Source: Mustelus asterias (taxonomy: Eukaryota). Taken from it: a stretch of 64,000 nucleotides of DNA. The notes below the pieces were generated by a model that was given only the letters and a program-made list of their open reading frames with translations, had not been told where the DNA came from and made no database searches. The stretch's first letter is position 1, and each line of letters starts with the position of its first letter. Positions 1 to 11,575 of this stretch are shown here, one piece after another. Location of the stretch: contig NC_135808.1 in NCBI RefSeq assembly GCF_964213995.1, positions 50,964,001 to 51,028,000 on the forward strand. Direction: 5' to 3'. The translations under genes and the position numbers were made by a program.

Positions 1-1890
1 CTCTATCTATCCCCTTCATCATTTTATAAACCTCTATTAAGTCTCCCCTCAGCCTCTTCCGCTCCAGAGAGAACAGCCCTAGTTCCCTCAACCTTTCCTC
101 ATAAGACCTACCCTCCAAACCAGGCAGCATCCTGGTAAATCTCCTCTGCACTCTTTCCAGCGCTTCCACATCCTTCTTGTAGTGAGGTGACCAGAACTGC
201 ACACAATATTCCAAATGTGGTCTCACCAAGGTCCTGTACAGTTGCAGCATAACCCCACGGCTCTTAAACTCCAACCCCCTGTTAATAAAAGCTAACACAC
301 TATATGCCTTCTTCACAGCTCTATCCACTTGAGTGGCAACCTTCAGAGATCTGTGGATATGGACCCCAAGATCTCTCTGTTCCTCCACAGTCTTCAGAAC
401 CCTACCTTTGACCCTGTAATCCACATTTAAATTAGTCCTACCAAAATGAATCACCTCACATTTCTCAGGGTTAAACTCCATTTGCCATTTTTCAGCCCAG
501 CTTTGCATCCTATCTATGTCTCTTTGCAGACTACAACAGCCCTCCACCTCATCCACTACTCCACCAATCTTGATGTCATCAGCAAATTTACTGATCCACC
601 CTTCAGCCCCCTCCTCTAAGTCATTAATAAAAATCACAAAGAGCAGAGGACCAAGCACTGATCCCTGTGGCACTCCGCTAGCAACCTGCCTCCAGTCTGA
701 AAATGTTCCATCCACCACCACCCTCTGTCTTCGATCAGATAGCCAGTTACCTATCCAATCGGCCAACTTTCCCTCTATCCCACACCTCCTTACTTTCATC
801 ATAAGCCGACCATGGGGGACCTTATCAAACGCCTTACTAAAATCCATGTAAATGACATCAACTGCCCTACCTTCATCAACACACTTAGTTACCTCCTCAA
901 AAAATTCTATCAAATTTGTGAGGCACGGCTTGTCCTTCACGAATCCGTGTTGACTATCCCGGATTAATCCGCATCTTTCTAAATGGTCGTAAATCCCATC
1001 CCTAAGGACTTTTTCCATCAATTTACCAACCACCGAAGTAAGACTAACCGGTCTATAATTACCAGGGTCATTTCTATTCCCTTTCTTAAACAGAGGAACA
1101 ACATTCGCCACTCTCCAGTCCTCTGGCACCATCCCCGTGGACAGTGAGGACCCAAAGATCAAAGCCAAAGGCTCTGCAATCTCATCCCTTGCCTCCCAAA
1201 GAATCCTAGGATATATTTCATCAGGCCCAGGGGACTTATCGACCTTCAGTTTATTCAAAACTGCCAGTACATCCTCCCTCCGAACATCTATTTCCTCCAG
1301 CCTATTAGCCTGTAACACCTTCTCTTCCTCAAAAACATGGCCCCTTTCCTTGGTGAACACTGAAGAAAAGTATTCATTCATCACCTCGCCTATCTCTACT
1401 GACTCCATACACAAGTTCCCACTACTGTCCTTGACCGGCCCTAACCTCACCCTGGTCATTCTTTTATTCCTCACATAAGAGTAAAAAGCCTTGGGGTTTT
1501 CCTTGATCCGACCCGCCAAGGACTTCTCATGTCCCCTCCTCGCTCTCCTAAGCCCCTTTTTCAGCTCATTCCTTGCTAACTTGTAACCCTCAATCGAGCC
1601 ATCATTGTTTCCTCATCCCTACATAAGCTTCCCTCTTCCTTTTCACAAGACATTCCACCTCTTTTGTGAACCATGGTTCCCTCACTCGGCCATTTCCTCC
1701 CTGCCTGACAGGGACATACCTATCAAGGACACCCAGTATTTGTTCCTTGAAAAAGTTCCACTTTTCATTAGTGCTTTTCCCTGACAATTTCTGTTCTCAT
1801 CTTATGCCCCCTAATTCTTGCCTAATCGCATCATAATTACCTCTCCCCCAATTGTAAACCTTGCCCTGCCGTACGGCCCTATCCCTCTCC
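1..1890 (-). mobile_element. CR1-type LINE ORF2 (reverse transcriptase) fragment
   Basis: The minus strand encodes CR1 motifs ([46 protein letters not shown]); disrupted by deletions. Confidence 0.9.
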
Positions 1891-3565
1891 ATTGGGGACT
1901 CCATAGTTAAAGGGACGGATAGGAGATTCTGTGGGAACGAGAGAGACTCGCGGTTGGTGTGTTGCCTCCCAGGAGCCCGAGTCCATGATGTCTCGGATCG
2001 TGTTTTCGAAATCCTTAAGGGGGAGGGGGACCAGCCCCAAGTTGTGGTTCACATAGGCACTCAAGACATAGGCAGGAAAAGGGATGAGGATGTAAGGCAG
2101 AAATTCAGGGAGTTAGGGTGGAAGCTTAGGGCTCGAACAAACAGTTGTTATCTCTGGTTTGTTACCCATGCCACGTGATAGTGAGGAGAGGAATAGGGAG
2201 AGAGAGCAGTTGAACACGTGGTTACAGGGATGGTGCAGGAGGGAGGGATTCAGATACCTGGACAATTGGGGCACTTTCTGAGGGAGGTGGAAACTCTACA
2301 AACAGGATGGTCTGCACCTGAACCAGAGTGGTACCAATATCTTGGGGGGGGGAAATTTGCTAATGCTCTTCGGGAGGGTTTAAACTAATTCAGCAGCGGG
2401 GTGGGTACCTGAATTGTAGCTCCAGTGTACAGGAGGTTGAGAGTAGTGAGGTCATGGATGAGGTTTCAGGGTTGCAGGAGTGTACTGGCAGGCAGGAAGG
2501 TGGTTTGAAGTGTGTATACTTCAACGCCAGGAACATCCGGAATAAGGTGGGTGAACTTGCAGCATGGGTTGGTACCTGGGATTTCGATGTTGTGGCCATT
2601 TCAGAGACATGGATAGAGCAGGGACAGGAATGGTTGTTGCAGGTTCCAGGGTTTAGATGTTTCAGTAAGTGCAGGGAAGGTGGTAAAAGAGGGGGAGGTG
2701 TGGCATTGTTAGTCAAGGACAGTATTACGGTGGCAGAAAGGACATTTGATGAGGACTCGTCTACTGAGGTAGGTTGGGCTGAGGTTAGAAACAGGAAAGG
2801 AGAGGTCACCCTGTTGGGAGTTTTTTATAGACCTCCGAAAAGTTCCAGAGATGTAGAGGATAGGATTGCAAAGATGATTCTGGATAGGAGTGAAAGTAAC
2901 AGTGTAGTTGTACTGGGGGACTTTAACTTTACAAATATTGACTGGAAACGCTATAGTTCGAGTACTTTAGAGGGGTCAGTTTTGTCCAGTGGGTGCAGGA
3001 AGGCTTCCTGACACAGTATGTAGATAGACCAACAAGAGGCGAGGCCACATTGGATTTGGTACTGGGTAATGAACCAGGCCAGGTGTTAGATTTGGAGGTA
3101 AATGAGCACTTTGGGTAACCAGGGTAATTATAGACCGGTGAGCCTTACTTCTGTTGTGGGCAAAGTTTTGGAAAGGATTATAAAAGATAAGATTTATAAT
3201 CACCTCGAAAGGAACAATTTGATTAAGGATAGACAGCACGGTTAGGTGAACAAAGAGGTGGATGAGGGTAAAGCGGTTGATGTGGTGTATATGGATTTCA
3301 GTAAAGCATTTGATAAGGTTCCCCATGGTAAGCTTTTGCAGAAGATACGGAGGCATGGGATTGAGGGTGATTTAGCGGTTTGGATCAGGAATTGGCTAGC
3401 TGTAAGAAGACAGAGGGTGGTGGTTGATGGGAAATGTTCATCCTGGAGTTCAGTTACTAGTGGTGTACCGCAAGGATCTGTTTTGGGGCCACTGCTGTTT
3501 GTCATTTTTATTAATGACCTGGATGAGGGCGTAGAAGGATGGATTAGTAAATTTGCGATGACACT
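1891..3565 (+). mobile_element. CR1-type LINE 5' portion: ORF1 SGNH/GDSL esterase, APE endonuclease and RT fragment, internally deleted
   Basis: IGDSIVKG...VVHIGT esterase motifs (ORF 1861-2178); YFNARNIRNK...ISETW...GDFNF endonuclease (2454-3011); [13 protein letters not shown] (3246-3560). Ends at an LTR insertion. Confidence 0.9.
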
Positions 3566-3789
3566 TGATGCACTATCAATCGAGCCGAGACTAGTTGTGA
3601 GCAAGACAAATAGGCTTTTATTGGCAAGAACTTGGAGCCATCCCTGTTGATGATCTGGTCTGAACTGAGAGCAAGGGGGGAGGAGCCACCGCCTTTATAC
3701 CCAGACCAGGGGGAGGAGACTTGGGCGGAACCGACAGGGATGTGCCACATATACAGGTAACAGATAACAGGTAACAGTGGTTTACCACA
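3566..3789 (-). repeat. 3' LTR of gypsy element A
   Basis: The minus strand reads TGTGGTAAACC...GTGCATCA with TATAAA and AATAAA, preceded by the purine tract AAATAGGGGGTGAA. Confidence 0.9.
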
Positions 3790-5133
3790 TTCACCCCCTA
3801 TTTAAAAAAAGAGTCCGTCGGGGGTGAGGCGGAGTGAACAATATTTACAATATTTACAGATTGAGTCTATCCGGAGGCCTGCTCTTCCGCTGCGATCTCC
3901 GTGGTACCGGTTCCGACGTGGTTTCAGGTCACGGTGTCATTGCGGGCGCCGGAACGTAGCTGTCATCCATGTTTTCATCCGCCCCTCAGGTGCGTGGTGC
4001 CGACTCCTGGGGCTCAGGCGAGCTGTACACGGGGGCAAGAGGAGTGCATAGTGATTCTGACATGGTAGGGACAAAGTCGGGGGTTGGGGTGAGGGGTTGG
4101 GGGCTACAGGGGTCCCTGAGTCACGTGTGGGCGCTAGGTCACGGATAGATACTGTGTCCTCCCGCCCGTCGGGGTACTGCACATAGGCGTACTGGGGGTT
4201 GGGGTGGAGGAGTTGTACCCTCTCGACCAGGGGGTCAGACTTACGGGTCCTGGCATGCTTCCGAAGCAGGACAGGGCCCGGGTATGCCAGCCACGATGGC
4301 AGTGAAGTCCCTGAGGAAGACTTCCTGGGGAACACGAACATCCGTTCGTGGGGGGTGGCATTGGTTGTTGTGCACAGGAGGGGCCTAATGGAGTGTAGTG
4401 CCTCCGGTAGGACCTCTTGCCAGCGGGTGACTGGAAAGCCTTTAGACCGTAGCGCTAGTAAAATGGCCTTCCAGACAGTGGCATTCTCTCTCTCCACCTG
4501 TCCGTTACTCCGGGGGTTGTAACTGGTGGTCCTACTTGAGGCTATGCCTTTGGAGAGCAGGTACTGTCGCAGTTCATCACCCATGAAGGAGGATCCCTGG
4601 TCGCTATGGATATAGCTGGGGTTACCAAACAGAGCGAAGAGGCCATGCAGGGCCCTAATAACTGTGGCCGAGGACATATCTGGGCAGGGAATCGCAAAGG
4701 GGAAACATGAGTACGCGTCAATGACATTGAGGAAGTATATGTTGCGATCAGATGAGGGGAGGGGGCCTTTGAAGTCGATGCTGAGGCGTTCAAAGGGGCG
4801 GGTGGCTTTTATGAGGTGTGCCTTGTCTGTCCGGTAGAAGTGCAGCTTGCATTCCGCGCAGACCTGGCAATTCCGAGTTATAGACCTGACATCCTCAACT
4901 GAGTAGGGCAGGTTTCTAATAAAGTGGAAAAACCTGGTGACCCCCGGGTGGCAGAGGTCATTGTGGAGAGCCCGTAACCAGTCCACCTGTGCACTGGTGC
5001 ATGTTCCACGGGACAGGGCGTCAGGTGGCTCATTGAGCTTCCCGGGCCGATACAAGATAGCGTAATTGTAGGTGGAGAGTTCGATCCTCCACCGTAATAT
5101 CTTATCGTTCTTGATCTTGCCCCGCTGTGTGTT

Positions 5134-6300
5134 ACAAAGAACAAAGAACAGTACAGCACAGGAAACAGGCCCTTCGGCCCTCCAAGCCTGTGCCCGCTCC
5201 TTGGTCCAACTAGACCAATCGTTTGTATCCCTCCATTCCCAGGCTGCTCATGTGACTATCCAGGTAAGTCTTAAACGATGTCAGCGTGCCTGCCTCCACC
5301 ACCCTACTTGGCAGCGCATTCCAGGCCCCCACCACCCTCTGCGTAAAAAACGTCCCTCTGATGTCTGAGTTATACTTCGCCCCTCTCAGCTTGAGCCCGT
5401 GACCCCTCGTGATCGTCACCTCCGACCTGGGAAAAAGCTTCCCACTGTTCACCCTATCTATACCCTTCATAATCTTGTATACCTCTATTAGATCTCCCCT
5501 CATTCTCCGTCTTTCCAAGGAGAACAACCCCAGTCTACCCAATCTCTCCTCATAGCTAAGACCCTCCATACCAGGCAACATCCTGGTAAACCTTCTCTGC
5601 ACTCTCTCCAATGCCTCCACGTCCTTCTGGTAGTGCGGCGACCAGAACTGGACGCAGTACTCCAAATGTGGCCTAACCAGCGTTCTATTCAGCTGCATCA
5701 TCAGACTCCAGCTTTTATACTCTATACCCCGTCCTATAAAGGCAAGCATACCATATGCCTTCTTCACCACCTTCTCCACCTGTGTTGCCACCTTCAAGGA
5801 TTTGTGGACTTGCACACCTCGGTCCCTCTGTGTTTCTATACTCCTGATGACTCTGCCATTTATTGTATAACTCCTCCCTACATTATTTCTTCCAAAATGC
5901 ATCACTTCGCATTTATCCGGATTAAACTCCATCTGCCACCTCTCTGCCCAATTTTCCAGCCTATCTATATCCTGCTGTATTGCCCGACAATGCTCTTCGC
6001 TATCCGCAATTCCAGCCATCTTCGTGTCATCCGCAAACTTGCTGATTACACCTTCTTCCAAATCATTTATATATATCACAAATAGCAGAGGTCCCAGTAC
6101 AGAGCCCTGCGGAACACCACTGGTCACAGACCTCCAGCCGGAAAAAGACCCTTCGACCACTACCCTCTGTCTCCTATGGCCAAGCCAGTTCTCCACCCAT
6201 CTAGCCACTTCTCCTTGTATCCCATAAGCCTTAACCTTCTTAACCAACCTGCCATGTGGGACTTTGTCAAATGCCTTACTGAAATCCATATAGACGACAT
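5134..6300 (-). mobile_element. 5'-truncated CR1 LINE inserted in the pol gene of gypsy A
   Basis: RT C-terminal ORF (5210-6300), (GTTCTTT)n tail at about 5134-5149, short TGTT target duplication; the flanks rejoin to gypsy FMFNNTQRGK. Confidence 0.92.
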
Positions 6301-6916
6301 CATGTTGTTGAACATAAAGGCAACGGATCATTGGTCCGTGAGCAGGGTGAACCGTTTACCACCTAAATAGTGGCGCCAGTGCCGTACAGCTTCCATTATG
6401 GCTTGGGCCTCTTTCTCGACAGAGGAGTGTCGAGTTTCGGGGCCTTGGAGGGTTCGTGAAAAGAAGGCCACGGGTCTGCCCGCCTGGTTAAGGGTGGCGG
6501 CTAAGGCAAAGTCAGACGCATCGCTCTCCACCTGGAACGGGATGGATTCGTCTATAGCGTGCATCGTGGCCTTCGCGATGTCTGCTTTGATGCGGTCGAA
6601 GGCCAGCCGGGCCTCCGCCGTCAGGGGAAAAGGGTGGATTTTATGAGCGGACGGGCTTTATCTGCATAGTTGGGGACCCATTGTGCATAGTACGAGAAGA
6701 AACCCAAGCATCTTCTCAGTGCTTTGAGGCTAGTGGGGAGGGGAAGTTCCAGGAGGGGACGCATACGGTCGGGATCGGGGCCGATGACCCCATTCTCCAC
6801 TACGTACCCGAGGATGGCGAGGCGGTGTGCACTGAACACGCACTTCTCCTTATTGTAGGTCAGGTTAAGGAGCCTAGCCGTGTGCAGGAATCTGTGGAGG
6901 TTGGCATCGTGGTCCT

Positions 6917-7194
6917 TGTGGTGAACCATAGATGGTTACCACTATGGGTACTTGTACATAAGTTACTCTTGTTACTGTTGGGGTTAGGGTTTGGGTGTTC
7001 CACCTGTTATTATTGTTTATGTGGTACACTCCGTTCGGCTCCGCCTTCTTACAGGAGTATAAAGGTCACTGCTACTTCCTAGTCGCCCTTAGTTAGGGAT
7101 AATATTGTTAAGTAGTGTGCTCCTATCTTGTTGTGAATAAAAGCCTTTATTCCCGGGTACGTCCTAGCCTCCCGTGTGAATCAATCGCGCATCA
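6917..7194 (+). repeat. 5' LTR of gypsy B1
   Basis: TG...CA termini, TATAAA near 7058, AATAAA at 7136; direct repeat of 11269-11575. Confidence 0.95.
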
Positions 7195-7240
7195 ATTTTA
7201 TTCACAACAAAATACTGAAAATTTTGTTCAGAACAAAAAA

Positions 7241-10200
7241 ATGGAGCAGATGCTAAAGCCCGATCGGCTAAACTTGGATCCGCGTGCCGCTGGGGCGTCG
7301 AACACTTTCGACCATTGGTTGAAGTGCTTCGAGGATTACGTTGAGGCCTCGACAGCAGTCCAGTCCGACGCCGACAGATTGCGGGTCCTCCACGCCAGGG
7401 TGAGCGACACTGTGTATGCAACAATTCACGATTCCCAAAATTACAAAGATGCTATCGAATTACTCAAGAAGCTGTATAATAAACAGCCAAACGAAATTCA
7501 TGCTCGTCACCTATTAGCCACTCGACGGCGGCAGCCCAGCGAAACTACGGGACAGTACCTGCACGAACTTCAACAGCTAGCCAGAGCCTGCAACTGCAAG
7601 GCGGTGTCGGCTACTCAATACACCAACGACCTTATTCGGGACGCGTTCGTGGCGGGAATCGGCTCATCCTATATTCGCCTGCGGCTGCGAGAGCAGGGGA
7701 ACCTGGACCTGGCTAAGATGGTAGAATTGGCCGATGCAATGGAAACGGCCTCCAGAAGTCTCGAAACCTACCCCACTGACCACGTGGTAACAGCGTGGCA
7801 AGCACAGCCGCCGCCTCAGCTGTACTCGGCGGCTCCTCGGAACTGCGCGATGATGCTCCCAACTTCAGACCTGACGGCTGCGGCAGCTCCTGGAGGCCCA
7901 CGGTGCTATTTCTGCGGATTGGCGAAGCATCCTCACCAGAGATGTCCGGCCAGGACGGTGTTTTGCTCCGCCTGTGGAAAGAAAGGGCACTATGCAAAAG
8001 TGTGCCGAGCAAAGACCCCTTCCAAGCCCAGCAGTGCTGCGTGCGACTCTCCAGGATCCGTCTCCTCGTCTCCGGCCTCGTCGATGTCTTCAGCCACGTG
8101 CGATCCACGGGCGCCGCCATTTCCTATGACGACGATGCAAGCCACGTGGAACCTGTGGGTGCCGCCGTTTTCAACATCATCGACCACGTGCGATTCATGG
8201 GCGCAGCCATTTTGGTCGACACCGGCTGCAGAAGACCAGCAGGGGTCCTTGTTGTCGGCTATCTCAGCTGCCTGCAGTTACGCTCGGGATCCAACAGTGG
8301 CGTCAATCATCCTGGACCAGGCCAAGCCTCACAGACTCGACAAGTCCATGATGGACATAGAGGTAAACGGGCGCCTGGCGAATTGCCTGTTTGACAGCGG
8401 GAGCACGAAGAGCTTCATCCATCCGGATAAAGTAAAATGGTGCACTCTCCGTGTGCAAACTGTCAGGCAGACAATCTCCATGGCGTCGAGGTCCCCATCT
8501 GCCCTCGTTCTTGGGAGCTGTGTGGTAACCTTAACGGTGCGGGGCACAGTCTACGAGAACTTCAGGCTCCTCGTGTTACCGCACCTTTGCGCTCCGGTAC
8601 TCCTGGGGCTAGACTTTATGGTCCACCTGAAGAGTGTGACCCTGCAGTACGATGGGCCACTCCCTCCACTTTCAGTGGGAGAACAGCAGCCTCCAAATTG
8701 CCCAACGCGCTCCACATGCAGTCTCTCTACACTCAAAATTACCCCGCCTTCCCTATTCGAAAATCTCGTGCCAGGCTGCAAGTCCATCGCGACTAAGAGC
8801 AGGCGTTACAGCGCTGAGGATCGGATCTTTATTAGATCTGAGGTTCAGCGGCTCCTCAGGGAAGGGGTCATTCAACTTAGCACTAGCCCATGGAGAGCAC
8901 AAGTCGTGGTGGTTAAGACTGGAGACAAGCCCCGGATGGTCATAGACTATAGTCAGACCATTAATAGGTACACGCAGCTGGACGCGTACCCTCTCCCGCG
9001 CATATCTGACATGGTCAATCAGATTGCGCAGTACCGGGTGTTCTCCACCATCGACTTGAAGTCAACCTACCGCCAGCTCCCCATTCGCCCAGAGGACCGC
9101 AAATACACGGCCTTTGAGGCGGATGGCCGTCTCTACCACTTTTTAAGAGTCCCTTTCGGCGTCACTAATGGGGTCTCGGTCTTCCAGCGTGAGATGGACT
9201 GAATGGTGGACCAAACGGGCTATGGGCTACCTTCCCGTACCTGGACAACGTCACTATCTGTGGCCATGACCAGCAGGACCACGACGCAAACCTCCAGAAG
9301 TTTTTACGCACTGCGTCTCGCCTGAACCTGACCTATAACAAGGGGAAGTGCGTATTTAGCAAGCACCGCCTAGCAATCCTCGGAAACGTGGTGGAAAACG
9401 GGGTCATCGGCCCCGATCCAGACCGTATGCGTCCCCTCCTTGAACTTCCCCTACCCACTAGCATCAAAGCACTGAGAAGATGTTCAGGCTTCTTCTCATA
9501 CTACGCACAGTGGGTCCCCAATTACGCGGACAAAGCCCGTCCGCTCATAAAATCTACCTCTTTTCCCCTGGCAGCAGAGGCTCGCTTAGCCTTTGAAAGG
9601 ATAAAAGCCGACATCGCGAAAGCCACGATGCACGCTGTTGATGAATCCATCCCCTTCCAGGTGGAGAGTGATGCATCTGATTTCGCCCTGGCCGCCACAC
9701 TTAACCATGCGGGCAGGCCCGTCGCCTTTTTCTCTCGCACCCTCCAAGGCCCTGAAATTCGGCACTCCTCTGTGGAGAAAGAGGCTCAGGCCATTGTGGA
9801 GGCCGTACGGCATTGGTGCCATTATTTGGCTGGCAAACGGTTTACCCTGCTCACGGACCAGCGGTCCGTGGCCTTCACGTTCAACAACACGCTAAAGGGA
9901 AAAATTAAGAATGATAAAATCTTGAGCTGGAGAATCGAACTCTCCACCTACAACTATGATATCATGTACCGTCCGGGGAAACTCAATGAGCCCTCAGATG
10001 CCCTGTCGCGTGGAACATGTGCCAGTGTGCAGGAGGACCGGTTACAGGCCCTCCACAATGATCTCTGCCATCCGGGGATCACTCGGTTTTTCCATTTTGT
10101 AAAGGCTCGGAATCTGCCCTACTCCATAGAGGATGTCAGGTCGATAACTCGAAGCTGCCAGGTTTGTGCAGAGTGCAAGCCGCACTTCTACCGGCCTGAC

Positions 10201-11205
10201 AGGGCACACCTCATTAAGGCCACTCGCCCTTTTGAACGACTGAGTGTCGACTTCAAGGGCCCCCTTCCTTCGACAGATCGGAATGTGTATTTCCTCAACG
10301 TGGTTGACGAATACTCCCGATTCCCCTTTGCCATCCCCTGTTCTGACATGTCCTCTGCCACGGTCATCAAAGCCCTGCGGAGTCTTTTTACCCTGTTCGG
10401 CTACCCCAGTTATATCCACAGTGATAGGGGTTCGTCGCTTATGAGTGACGACTTGAGGCAATACCTGCTCTCTAAGGGAACTGCCTCAAGTAGGACTACG
10501 AGTTACAACCCCAGGGGTAACGGACAGGTCGAGAGAGAAAACGCTACAGTCTGGAAGGCTGTTTTACTGGCGCTGAGGTCTTGGGGTCTTCCAGTCACCC
10601 GTTGGCAAGAGGTACTTTCTGATGCGCTCCATTCAATCCGGTCCCTCCTGTGTACGGCATCCAACGCTACCCCACATGAGCGGATGTTTACCTTCCCTAG
10701 GAAGTCTTCCTCTGGGACCTCACTGCCGTCTTGGTTGACGTACTCAGGACCTGTCCTCCTGCGGCGACATGTTAGGACCCGCAAGTCCGACCCTTTGGTT
10801 GAACAGGTCCATCTCCTCCACGCCAACCCTCAATATGCCTATGTGGCATATCCTGACGGGCGAGAGGACACGGTCTCGATCAGAGATCTAGCGCCTGCAG
10901 GGGACCTGGAAACTCCCGTAACTCCCGCACCCCTGGTTAGGATTCCTTTGCCCATTCTCTCCCCTCCTGACTCGGCACGGGCAGCATCGGGACCTCAACT
11001 TAATCCTCTTACTCCCGTGTACAGCTTGCCTGAGTCCAGGAGATTGTCGCCACCTCGAGGTCGACAAGCGTGTGAGGAACTGGAGGAGTCAGTGGACACC
11101 ACCTCGGAGAGAGGGTCGTCACCACGGTCACCAGAACCGGCAGTGGAGCCAGTGCTGCGGAGGTCGCAGAGACGGTGCGGCCCTCCGATACGGCTGAAAT
11201 TGTGA
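7241..11205 (+). pseudogene. gag-pol polyprotein of gypsy B1 (single frame, broken by a stop at 9200-9202 and a frameshift near 9215)
   Basis: ORFs 7115-9202 and 9388-11205: two CCHC knuckles, LFDSGST protease, RT with YLDN, RNase H (SDASD...EKEA...TDQ), integrase (H-H-C-C, D-D-E). Confidence 0.92.
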
Positions 11206-11268
11206 ACATGTGGACAGTTCGTATTGTCTCCTTACCCCACCGGCCTTTGTTTTTAAAGGAGGGGTGAA

Positions 11269-11575
11269 TGTGGTGAACCATAGATGGTTACCACTATGGG
11301 TACTGAACCATAGATGGTTACCACTATGGGTACTTGTACATATGTTACTCTTGTTACTGTTGGGGTTAGGGTTGGGGTGTTCCACCTGTTATTATTGTTG
11401 ATGTGGTACACTCCGTTCGGCTCCGCCTTCTTACAGGAGTATAAAGGTCACTGCTACTTCCTAGTAGCCCTTAGTCTGGGATAATATTGTTAAGTAGTGT
11501 GCTCCAATCTTGTTGTGAATAAAAGCCTTTATTCCCGGTATGTCCTAGCCTCCCGTGTGAATCAATCGCGCATCA
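11269..11575 (+). repeat. 3' LTR of gypsy B1 (carries a 30-bp tandem duplication)
   Basis: Direct repeat of 6917-7194 following the PPT. Confidence 0.95.

Larger units (their letters stand above)
6917..11575 (+). mobile_element. Full-length Ty3/gypsy LTR retrotransposon B1
   Basis: Paired LTRs 6917-7194 and 11269-11575 (TGTGG...CATCA), 5-bp target duplication GTCCT/GCCCT, PPT AAAGGAGGGGTGAA, gag-PR-RT-RH-INT order. Confidence 0.96.

Noticed and set aside
516-1478. Plus-strand ORFs here and many similar short ORFs elsewhere
   Set aside because: Antisense shadows of CR1 or gypsy coding sequence.
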